32,000 nt of DNA from Synechococcus elongatus PCC 6301 (GTDB lineage Bacteria; Cyanobacteriota; Cyanobacteriia; Synechococcales; Synechococcaceae). This document shows positions 1 to 8,310 of this stretch, one piece after another; positions within the stretch are counted from its first letter, which is position 1, and the number at the start of each line of letters is the position of its first letter. The stretch covers positions 2,430,001-2,462,000 of the forward strand of contig NC_006576.1 of the NCBI RefSeq assembly GCF_000010065.1. The letters run 5' to 3'. Position numbers and translations under genes: made by a program. The notes beneath the pieces were generated by a model. That model did no database searches, was not told the origin of the DNA, and was given only the letters and a program-made list of their open reading frames with translations.

Positions 1-1
1 A

Positions 2-574
2 CGGGTGGGCGTTTTTGTCGCCGATGGTAGCAACAACCAGCATGAGTCGTTGCTGCGCGTGCTGGGGGCCGGTGCTCTGCTGGGAGAGATGGCCCTGATC
101 GATGGGCAACCACGATCGGCGACTTGTCGGGCCTTGGAACCGACGCAACTTTACGCGGTCACTAGCCAAGATTTTCAGCAGTTGCTAACGCGATCGCCCC
201 AGTTTGTGCAGGCCTTGTTGGCAACCCTGAGCCAGCGGTTGCGCTATACCAATCAGTTCCTGAGTGAAGTGGGGGCGGGCGTGCAGCAGTTGGCAAGCGG
301 CCAGTATGCCCCCCTAGCGCAACTGCAAAGTCCAGATCACTCCCTTGAACATCTGGCAACGGCTTTTGCCCAGATGGCTCTGAGGGCGCAGCAGCGGGAA
401 GTGGCTCTGCAGGAACGGATTCGGCGTTTGGAATTAGAAGTCGATGCTTGTCGCCTCCAACAGTCTGTGGCAGAAATCACCGAGTCAGAGTTCTTCGTGC
501 ATCTCCAACAGCGGGCGCAGCAAATTCGGCGCAATCGCCACAAATCCTTGCCGCCCCAAGCCGATTCTGAATAA
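2..574 (+). CDS. Cyclic-nucleotide-binding (Crp/cNMP) domain protein with coiled-coil C-terminus; 5' end truncated by the window edge
   Basis: The ORF is open from the window edge. 'LLGEMALIDGQPRSATCRALEPTQLYAVTSQDFQQLL' matches the cNMP-binding beta-roll / phosphate-binding cassette pattern. The C-terminal 'ALQERIRRLELEVDACRLQQ' is heptad-like. Confidence 0.8.
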   Translation, partial: RVGVFVADGSNNQHESLLRVLGAGALLGEMALIDGQPRSATCRALEPTQLYAVTSQDFQQLLTRSPQFVQALLATLSQRLRYTNQFLSEVGAGVQQLASGQYAPLAQLQSPDHSLEHLATAFAQMALRAQQREVALQERIRRLELEVDACRLQQSVAEITESEFFVHLQQRAQQIRRNRHKSLPPQADSE

Positions 575-700
575 GGCGATCGCAGTTCACTACTCGCTAC
601 TGCAACAACAGAGCGGACGGAAATCCGAACTTTTCCCGACCTGCGCGGCTAGTGCAGGCTCTCCTATGATCAAGCCGTCCTGTCACTCTTTAGTTTGGGT

Positions 701-2617
701 ATGGCGATTCTAGAGCAAGGCAATATCACGATTCATACCGATAACATTTTCCCGATTATCAAAAAGTCGCTCTACTCAGAGCATGAAATCTTTTTGCGGG
801 AACTGATTTCTAATGCAGTGGATGCCATTCAAAAGCTGAAGATGGTGTCCTATGCCGGTGAATTAGAGGGTGAAATCGGTGACCCCCAAATCACACTGAG
901 TATCGATCGCGATCGCAAACAACTCAAAATTGCCGATAACGGTATTGGGATGACAGCCGATGAGATTAAGCGTTATATCAATCAAGTTGCCTTTTCAAGT
1001 GCAGAGGACTTTATTGAAAAATATAAAGGCGGAGCTGATCAGCCTATCATTGGTCACTTTGGTCTAGGCTTCTACTCAGCTTTTATTGTTGCTGATCGGG
1101 TGGAAATTGAAACCCTCTCCTATCAAAAAGGAGCGACACCTGTTCATTGGACTTGTGATGGATCTCCAAGCTTTGAACTGTCAGAGGGGAGCCGTACGGA
1201 GCGAGGAACAACGATTATTCTTAATCTTAGTGAGGAGGAGTTAGAGTACTTAGAACCTGCTCGTATTCGTCAGCTTGTTAAGACCTATTGTGACTTCATG
1301 CCCGTTCCGATCGCTTTAGAGGGAGAAGTCTTAAACAAGCAAAAAGCAATTTGGCGAGAATCAGCTGGCAATCTCAAAGAAGAAGACTACCAAGAGTTTT
1401 ATCGCTACCTGTATCCATTTCAAGATGAACCATTGTTATGGGTTCATCTCAACACAGATTACCCCTATCAAGTGAATGGTGTTCTCTATTTCCCGAAATT
1501 GCGGCCCGATATTGATCTAACTCAAGGACAAATTAAACTATTCTGCAATCAAGTCTTTGTCAGCGATCACTGTGAAGAAGTTGTGCCGCGTTTTCTCTTG
1601 CCGATGCGAGGGGTGATCGATAGTCCTGATATTCCTCTCAATGTGTCGCGCAGTGCGCTGCAAGCCGATCGCAAGGTGCGGAGTATTGCTGGCTTCATCG
1701 CCAAGAAAGTGGGCGATCGCCTCAAAGAACTCTATCGCTCGCAACGCGACCAATATCTCAATATTTGGTCAGATCTCAGCACCTTTGTGAAGTTTGGCTG
1801 TCTCAATGATCAAAAATTCAGAGAACAGGTCAAAGAGATTCTCGTTTTTCGGAGTAGTGCTGAGCTCAGCGAGGCGACCAGTAGCGATCGTGGTCAAGAT
1901 AGCCAAGGTAATTGGTACACTACTCTGCAGGCCTACCTCGAACGCAACCAGGAAAAACACGAAAATCGTGTCTATTACTGTACGGATGCTGCTAGCCAAG
2001 CCACTTACATTGAACTCTTCCGTAAAAAAGGCCTAGAGGTGCTCTACCTCGATAGCTTTATCGATAGCCACTTTGTTAGTTTGCTGGAACAAGAGTATCA
2101 GGATGTCCGCTTTTCTCGGGTTGATGCCGAGCTAGACGACACCTTACTTGAAACAGAAGAAGCTGAAATTGTTGATCCGACAACGAACAAAACGCGTAGC
2201 CAAACCCTGAAGGAATTATTTGAAGCAGCGATCGCGAATTCGCGGATTAATGTGCGCACAGAATCCTTGAAGGATACAGATGCCAGCGCGCCGCCTGCAA
2301 TGGTTTTATTGCCAGAAGCTGCACGGCGCATGCGCGAAATGAGTGCTTTCTTGGGACAAGATCCGGCTAATCTACCCGATGACCATGTCCTGCTCGTGAA
2401 TACCGCGCATCCTCTTGTCCAGAACATCCTTAGTCTGCAGCAGGGGGCTATCCTCAGCAGTGATGGACACTCTCCAAGCCAGGTCCTGGCAGAGCAGCTC
2501 TGTCGACACATCTATGACTTGGCCTTGATGACCCAAAAAGGGTTTGATGCTGAGGGAATGAAAGCCTTCATTGAGCGTTCTAATGCGGTCTTGACGGCGT
2601 TGACGACTCGCCAGTGA
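701..2617 (+). CDS. htpG: Molecular chaperone HtpG (Hsp90 family)
   Basis: The N-terminal GHKL ATPase signature 'EIFLRELISNAVDA' and 'DNGIGMT', plus 'GHFGLGFYSAF', are present, and the length is about 638 aa. The ATG at 701 (MAILEQGNITIHT...) is preferred over the track's TTG at 695. Confidence 0.95.
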   Translation: MAILEQGNITIHTDNIFPIIKKSLYSEHEIFLRELISNAVDAIQKLKMVSYAGELEGEIGDPQITLSIDRDRKQLKIADNGIGMTADEIKRYINQVAFSSAEDFIEKYKGGADQPIIGHFGLGFYSAFIVADRVEIETLSYQKGATPVHWTCDGSPSFELSEGSRTERGTTIILNLSEEELEYLEPARIRQLVKTYCDFMPVPIALEGEVLNKQKAIWRESAGNLKEEDYQEFYRYLYPFQDEPLLWVHLNTDYPYQVNGVLYFPKLRPDIDLTQGQIKLFCNQVFVSDHCEEVVPRFLLPMRGVIDSPDIPLNVSRSALQADRKVRSIAGFIAKKVGDRLKELYRSQRDQYLNIWSDLSTFVKFGCLNDQKFREQVKEILVFRSSAELSEATSSDRGQDSQGNWYTTLQAYLERNQEKHENRVYYCTDAASQATYIELFRKKGLEVLYLDSFIDSHFVSLLEQEYQDVRFSRVDAELDDTLLETEEAEIVDPTTNKTRSQTLKELFEAAIANSRINVRTESLKDTDASAPPAMVLLPEAARRMREMSAFLGQDPANLPDDHVLLVNTAHPLVQNILSLQQGAILSSDGHSPSQVLAEQLCRHIYDLALMTQKGFDAEGMKAFIERSNAVLTALTTRQ

Positions 2618-2664
2618 AGGGTTTAGGGGAACTCTAAACTTCACAGAACGTCATCCTAGCTATC

Positions 2665-2701
2665 TCGCCCTCAGACGTGAGCCTCGCTAAGCTGAGGGCG
2701 A
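2665..2701. terminator. 10-bp-stem hairpin about 50 nt downstream of the htpG stop (TCGCCCTCAG-N17-CTGAGGGCGA)
   Basis: The perfect inverted repeat was read directly. There is no clear U-tract afterwards, so terminator function is uncertain. Confidence 0.35.
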
Positions 2702-2956
2702 CGATCCATTTCGTGGTGTGGGGTATGGGGTTGACTCTGTTTTCGCGATCGCGGCGTCGCATCCCAAGCGGCCGTACCAATATTATTCCGACGTCTCGAA
2801 CTTCAAGAAGAGCTTACCTACGGGCGGGGATGGCCTTGCTTCAGCTGACTGCCTTAATTATGGTTTTGGTGTGGTTGCGCGATACCCCCCGAGGGGCTTG
2901 GGCTGAGAGCGATTGCCAAAACTCTGTCTTTTCTAGTCTCTGTCGCGATCGCTAAT

Positions 2957-5900
2957 TTATTCAATTATTTCTTCTGAAGAAGTATCTAATAAAATAATGC
3001 GATCGCGCCCCTGCTGTTTGGCTTGATACAGAGCACGATCAGCACGTTCAAGGAATTGATCAAGTGTCAGAATTTCAGGTGTCCAGACTGCAATGCCAAC
3101 ACTAATGGTAATGGCGATCGCTTGTTGAGGAAGATGGAGAGATTGCTGAATAACGAGCTGGCGGATGCGATCCATCACTTGATATGCTTGCTTCCCATTG
3201 GTTTCAGGAAGCATTAATACAAACTCATCCCCCCCCAGCCGAGCAAAAATATCCACTTCGCGAATATTTTGTTGGCAAATATTGGTCCAGAGAATTAAAA
3301 CCTGATCGCCAACCGTATGACCGTAGCTGTCATTAATTGTTTTGAAATGATCGATGTCAATGATCACTAAAGAGAGTGAAGTGTCACGTTGGATACGATA
3401 GATTCGGTTAAGTTCAGCTTGAGCAAGTGTAATAAACTGACGGCGATTCAGAATGCCAGTCAGGGCATCTGTTGTTGCCTGTTGCTGCAATTTTTGTTCT
3501 AGCTTCTTTTGTTCAGTAATGTCAGTTGAAATACCGAGTAATCCAATAATATTACTACTTTGTGCCGATTCATAGATAGGCGTTTTGATTTCTAGGTAGA
3601 CTCGTAATTGTCCATCTTTAGGGTTGACGAGATGGATTTCTTCCGTAGTCTGCTCTCCTTGGAAAACACGAGAGTCGATAGCTTGTAATAATTTTGCAGC
3701 CTCTTCGGAGAAAAAGAAAAAATCATCCTTGCCCAAGATTTCTTCCAAAGAGCGATCAACAAAATCTAAAGCCGATCTATTGGCATAGATGTAACGAAAC
3801 TGAAGGTCTTTCATATAGATATGAGAGCTGACCTGATCGAGTGCCGCTCGAAGACGTTGTGCTTCTACTAAAGCTTCTTGAAGTTGTTGTTTTGTTTTTC
3901 TCTCAGCTGTAACATCGCGCATGGCAATGACAGCGCCTAAAAATTGATTCTGATCATCAAAAAAAGGCCCACCTGAACAAACGACCCATCGTTCTGACTT
4001 GGATGGATCTTTGATCATCATTTCAACATCCTGAACTATCTCATGACGGAATGCTCTGAATAACGGTAGAGCATCAGTCGGCATAAGATCAGATCCATTG
4101 GGTTGATAGATGTTATAGAGGGCACTCCATTCGCTGGCTGAAGAGCGGGGGGGTAAGTAGCTATGCCAGCTTCTCGCAACTTGATTGAAAAGTACTAAGT
4201 TCCCTTCAGCATCGCAGGCAACTACACCATCACTCAAACTATCTAAAAGAATCCGTGTAAATTCTTGCTCACGATATAACGCTGTTTCGGCAATCTTGCG
4301 ATCGTGAATATCTAAGCAGTGACCTATGTATCCAATGAAGTTTCCATGAGTGTCGTATCTAGGGCTCCCCTCCTCAAGAATCCAACGATATTCACCATCG
4401 TGACGACGTAAACGGTATTCAGCCTTATAACTATTGTGTTGTGAGAAAGCAGTTCTGTAATTACTCAAGTAGCTTTGAAGATCTGCCGATAAAACTCCTT
4501 CAATAGACCCGCTATCTAATTCTTGCTCTAAAGAACGTCCAGTAAAGTTAAGCCAAACTGAATTGAAATAATAATGGTCTCCATTTTTGTCTGCCAACCA
4601 GATGAGAACATGCCCAGAGTTGACAACAGTGCGATAGTTTTGTTCGCTCTCTCGCAATGCCTCTTCAGCCTGCTTTCGTCTAGTGATATCAATTGTCGAC
4701 CCTACCATGCGATAAGGCTTGTTTTGTTCATCTCGAACGGCAATTCCGGTTGACTGAAACCAGCGATATTCTCCTGATTTTTGTTGAATACGATACTCCA
4801 CATCGTAAGGATATTTAGCTGATGAAGAATGAGCATCTAAAGCTGATTGAACAAAAATACGGTCATCGGGATGTAAAAGACTGAAAAAGCTTGAGATTTT
4901 TGGGGGAATGTCACCTTCTTGATACCCTAAAATTTCAAGGGAACGAGAAGAAAAATAAAGATCGCTAGTAACGAGATCCCAGTCCCAAATTGCTGCTAAA
5001 GATCCCTGAAATGCAGGCTCAAGACGCTCTACACTCTGCCGTAATAAGTCTTCAGATTTCCGGCGCTGAGTCACATCATGAATAGTGCTAATAATATGAA
5101 ACTTTGAATTTATTTTAATAAGTTTAGCTGTAACTTGTCCAATAAAATTACTCTGATCGGGACGTTGTAATCCAACTTCCAGGTCTTCACGAGAGCCTTG
5201 GGATAAGAGACAATCGATCATCCGACTGCGATCGTGCTGATTTTTCCAAAAGTTCAGATCAAGAATTGATCTTCCAATGACATTTTCTTTAGGTTGGTCA
5301 ATTAGCTCTAGAAAACTTTGATTAACCCTAACAATTAGACCATCTGAAAGTTGTGTAATTAGAATAGCATCGGGACTTACATCGAAAATTTGCTCTGTCG
5401 TTGCCTGTTCTTCTTTGCTAACAGCGATCGCTTGTTGATTTTCTGTTAAAATTAAACCAAAAGTCCACAGCGTACTTGTAATTAAAAGCTGAAAGTCAGT
5501 TGCTAACTGCAAAAAACTTAGCTGAATCCAACGATCATTGACTAAATCGAGAATTGCTAGCATAGCCATACCGCTATAAGCAAACGTAGCAATTAGAAAT
5601 ATGCTGCCCAGAAAAAGAGCTGGAATTAAAAGAAACTGCTGACGATAAAAGTAGAGAAGTCTTGCTGTTAGGCCAGAACAAAGAGCGATCGTACCTGTCA
5701 AAATAGCTTGAGAAAGCGAAGAGGCTGGAGCATTAGCTTCAATGACTCCAAGCGCTGCCCAACTACTCAAAATTGTGAGCTGAAAAGAACGTCTTCCCCA
5801 TGGATGGGGTAGACCTAGGATGTTTTGGGTCCCTAAATAGATCAGTGCTGAGCCAAGGATTAGTGCTGCATCAGCACTCACTCGGCTCACCGTATTATTG

Positions 5901-6070
5901 CTGGTAAATACGTGTAGTGCTAAACCAAGGATAAAACAGACGTTGCCAGCCCCCCAGCGATCCAGTTTGGGTGTGAACTGCATTAGGCGCGCTTGGATGG
6001 TCAGAGCAGTTGTCTGCAGACTATTGAGAATGATGAGGGTAATAGCTAAAGTCTGAAAGTCAATTTTCAT
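2957..6070 (-). CDS. Membrane-anchored multi-PAS diguanylate cyclase (about 7 predicted TM helices, about 5 PAS/PAC modules, C-terminal GGDEF domain, no EAL)
   Basis: The first ~210 aa are hydrophobic. PAS/PAC-like blocks recur, each ending in 'DIT/DVT..RK..E'. The active-site motif is 'RLGGDEF', and the I-site RxxD ('REVD') lies 5 residues upstream. Confidence 0.9.
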   Translation of the reverse strand: MKIDFQTLAITLIILNSLQTTALTIQARLMQFTPKLDRWGAGNVCFILGLALHVFTSNNTVSRVSADAALILGSALIYLGTQNILGLPHPWGRRSFQLTILSSWAALGVIEANAPASSLSQAILTGTIALCSGLTARLLYFYRQQFLLIPALFLGSIFLIATFAYSGMAMLAILDLVNDRWIQLSFLQLATDFQLLITSTLWTFGLILTENQQAIAVSKEEQATTEQIFDVSPDAILITQLSDGLIVRVNQSFLELIDQPKENVIGRSILDLNFWKNQHDRSRMIDCLLSQGSREDLEVGLQRPDQSNFIGQVTAKLIKINSKFHIISTIHDVTQRRKSEDLLRQSVERLEPAFQGSLAAIWDWDLVTSDLYFSSRSLEILGYQEGDIPPKISSFFSLLHPDDRIFVQSALDAHSSSAKYPYDVEYRIQQKSGEYRWFQSTGIAVRDEQNKPYRMVGSTIDITRRKQAEEALRESEQNYRTVVNSGHVLIWLADKNGDHYYFNSVWLNFTGRSLEQELDSGSIEGVLSADLQSYLSNYRTAFSQHNSYKAEYRLRRHDGEYRWILEEGSPRYDTHGNFIGYIGHCLDIHDRKIAETALYREQEFTRILLDSLSDGVVACDAEGNLVLFNQVARSWHSYLPPRSSASEWSALYNIYQPNGSDLMPTDALPLFRAFRHEIVQDVEMMIKDPSKSERWVVCSGGPFFDDQNQFLGAVIAMRDVTAERKTKQQLQEALVEAQRLRAALDQVSSHIYMKDLQFRYIYANRSALDFVDRSLEEILGKDDFFFFSEEAAKLLQAIDSRVFQGEQTTEEIHLVNPKDGQLRVYLEIKTPIYESAQSSNIIGLLGISTDITEQKKLEQKLQQQATTDALTGILNRRQFITLAQAELNRIYRIQRDTSLSLVIIDIDHFKTINDSYGHTVGDQVLILWTNICQQNIREVDIFARLGGDEFVLMLPETNGKQAYQVMDRIRQLVIQQSLHLPQQAIAITISVGIAVWTPEILTLDQFLERADRALYQAKQQGRDRIILLDTSSEEIIE

Positions 6071-6187
6071 AAAGCCTTGGCCCTAAATCGCTCAGACCCG
6101 TCCCGTAGTGACTTGAATATAGTGTGACTTGTTCACCTCAATTCAAGCTACCGAAACAATACTGACTTATTTCATCAAAGACCCATG

Positions 6188-6205
6188 TATTAATAAATAT
6201 TAATA
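6188..6205. promoter_or_regulatory. Tandem copy of the palindromic octamer TATTAATA (TATTAATA-AA-TATTAATA) in the AT-rich leader upstream of the GGDEF gene
   Basis: Read directly. It lies about 120-135 nt upstream of the ATG at 6070 (minus strand). Function is unproven. Confidence 0.25.
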
Positions 6206-6340
6206 GTAATTAAAACTCTTACTTTATCTTTTAACTCTTGCTATTCCAATTAAGTATTCAACAGTAGGTGTTTTGAGGGGCTAGAAGAGTGCAATTTTTA
6301 GTTTAATCACCTCTCAAATATCCCAGCTTTTGCTGATTGA

Positions 6341-8095
6341 TTAGTAGTAGCTGCCACTCTTGCGATGATGGATGGCTGTCCGAACCTCAGGATCTTGAAC
6401 TTGACCTGATTCAACGACTGCATAGACCAGCCAATGATCGCCACATTCCATGCGATTAGCGACGCGACATTCTAACCAAGCGATGGCCTCAGCCAAGATA
6501 GGATGCCCTTGATCACTGGGGCTAGACTCAATACCCTCTAGACGATCGGCTCCAGGGCTGAAGGGTTTGAGAAAATGCTTTTGAATTGCTAGATTTTTGT
6601 CCTCGCCAAGGACATTGAGGACAAAGCGATCGCCTTGATGCAAGAGTGACTCGACGGCGCGATCGCGCGCAACTGCAACACTAATCCCTGGTGGATTAAA
6701 GGTTGCTTGTGAGACCCACGAAGCTAGCATGCCACTGCGGACATCCTCTTTTTGAGTCGTCAAAACACAGAGTGATCCGAGGATGCGTCCTACTGCTTGT
6801 GCGGTTGCTTCAGTTTCACTGTCTTGTAGTTTGGAGCTGCTTTGGCGACTCACTTGGCGGCGCTGTCGTTGCAGGGCTTGGGCGAGATCGGTGCCTGACT
6901 CTTCACAGATTTTTAGGGTTGCTGTTGTTGGTTTAAAGCGAACGCGAATCGGTTCAAAGGCAAGGCGAAAACCAGCATCTTTTAACTTGCTTTCCAGAAG
7001 ATCGATCGCTTCACCACTCCAGCCAAATGAGCCGAAAACACCGACCGGCTTATCGCGCGCAACGGTTGCCAAAATTGTCCCCAACGCCGTTTGGATGGGT
7101 GTGGGTGCATGGCCTCCCAAAGTTGGGGATCCAATCACAACGCCGTCGCACCTTTCCAGTGTTCGGCGGATGTCATCCATGCTTTCAACTTCGCAATTTA
7201 AAGCTTCCACCCGAACGCCCGCCTTGGTAATTCCTTGGGCGATCGCCTCTGCGATCGTGGCAGTGCTGCCATAGGCCGAAGCATAGAGCAGCGCTACCAT
7301 CTGTGGTTGTTGAAGTTGGCGATCGCTCCAACTGACATAGGCCGCTGTCAAATCGTGCAGGCCGTAGCGAATCAGCGGACCATGGCTGGGAGCATACCCT
7401 TGGATAGGTAGGCGGCTAAATTTAGCCAACACCGTCTGCACTTGGCGGACTTGGGGTGCCATGACGCAGTCAAAGTAGTAGCGCTGATCCTCGCGGAACG
7501 AAGTCCAGCCTTGATCAAAAATTTGGTCTTGGCATAGGTGTGCCGCAAAGAACTTATCAGAGAGCAGCCAACCTGTTTGCTCATCCAAAACGCAAAGCCC
7601 ATCCGGCCAGCGCGGAATCGGCGTCGGCAGCAGTTGCAGAACCTTGCCCCGTCCGAGATCAAGACTTTCTTCTGTCCGGATAATCTTTAGATCTAAGGGT
7701 GGGATGGGGGCTTCTTGTGCCTCGACTTGCCAGAGCTTTTCAAGGGCTTGGGCGGCTGGATTCGAGACGATCACCTGCAACCCAGGATTGAGACGCATCA
7801 ACTCCTTGAGGGTGCTAACGCGGTTGGGGCTGACGTGACTGAGGAGCACCGCATCGAGCTCACCAATCGGGCATTGAGCTTCAAGGCGATTGAGGAAAAT
7901 TTCAGTAAAGGAAGCGCCGGGCGGGTTGATCAGAATCGTGCGATCGCCCTGCACAAGGTAGGCATTGCTGGTTGTGCCATGCCCAAGGCCATACTCCACT
8001 TCAAAGCGCAGACGTTCCCAGCTTCGAGCCCGCAGCACCATCAGTCCTGCAGCCACCCAGCTCGGTTGGATATCGCGGTGACGTCCTTCGCTCAT
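6341..8095 (-). CDS. flv1: Flavodiiron protein, FlvA/Flv1-type (metallo-beta-lactamase-like + flavodoxin-like + flavin-reductase domains) with a non-canonical diiron site
   Basis: The three-domain architecture is clear ('VIGSPTLGGHAP' flavodoxin-like; C-terminal 'NVLGEDKN...HWLVYAVVE' flavin reductase). The position of the HxExDH motif reads 'SHVSPNR'. I chose the start at the ATG at 8095 (MSEGRHRD...); the track's longer ORF runs to 8152. Confidence 0.85.
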   Translation of the reverse strand: MSEGRHRDIQPSWVAAGLMVLRARSWERLRFEVEYGLGHGTTSNAYLVQGDRTILINPPGASFTEIFLNRLEAQCPIGELDAVLLSHVSPNRVSTLKELMRLNPGLQVIVSNPAAQALEKLWQVEAQEAPIPPLDLKIIRTEESLDLGRGKVLQLLPTPIPRWPDGLCVLDEQTGWLLSDKFFAAHLCQDQIFDQGWTSFREDQRYYFDCVMAPQVRQVQTVLAKFSRLPIQGYAPSHGPLIRYGLHDLTAAYVSWSDRQLQQPQMVALLYASAYGSTATIAEAIAQGITKAGVRVEALNCEVESMDDIRRTLERCDGVVIGSPTLGGHAPTPIQTALGTILATVARDKPVGVFGSFGWSGEAIDLLESKLKDAGFRLAFEPIRVRFKPTTATLKICEESGTDLAQALQRQRRQVSRQSSSKLQDSETEATAQAVGRILGSLCVLTTQKEDVRSGMLASWVSQATFNPPGISVAVARDRAVESLLHQGDRFVLNVLGEDKNLAIQKHFLKPFSPGADRLEGIESSPSDQGHPILAEAIAWLECRVANRMECGDHWLVYAVVESGQVQDPEVRTAIHHRKSGSYY

Positions 8096-8310
8096 GCCAG
8101 TCCTCTCCTCACCGATCGCTCGCAAGCCATTCTGCTCCCCTGCCCTTTGCACTCTATCCTCTTTGACTGTGGCGTTCTTGGTCTGACGCTAGTGAACTCA
8201 GAGTTCCTGTCCTAGATGGAGAACGGGATGACTCTCCTGAGTCAGCGATCGCCGGGTTAATCAGTCGGTTTTGAGTCAAGGCGATCGCTTATCGCTTCCA
8301 GTCAGCAGCC

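Noticed and set aside
575-700. Search for CIRCE (TTAGCACTC-N9-GAGTGCTAA) or another heat-shock operator upstream of htpG, and likewise upstream of the dnaJ-like gene.
   Set aside because: No match was found by eye. Only a weak CCTGC-N9-GCAGG repeat is present.
2677-2955. 92-aa ORF (and overlapping 62-aa ORF) in the htpG/GGDEF gap.
   Set aside because: The translation is Arg/Ser/Leu-rich with no recognisable motif, and the two overlapping frames are equally open. I treat the region as non-coding.
3958-3964. A7 homopolymer (T7 on the coding strand) and nearby A5/A6 runs (about 3710-3725, encoding FFFF) inside the GGDEF gene, considered as a slipped-strand phase-variation switch.
   Set aside because: The tracts are short, and such runs are expected in an AT-rich gene. 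There is no evidence of a frameshifted allele in this sequence.
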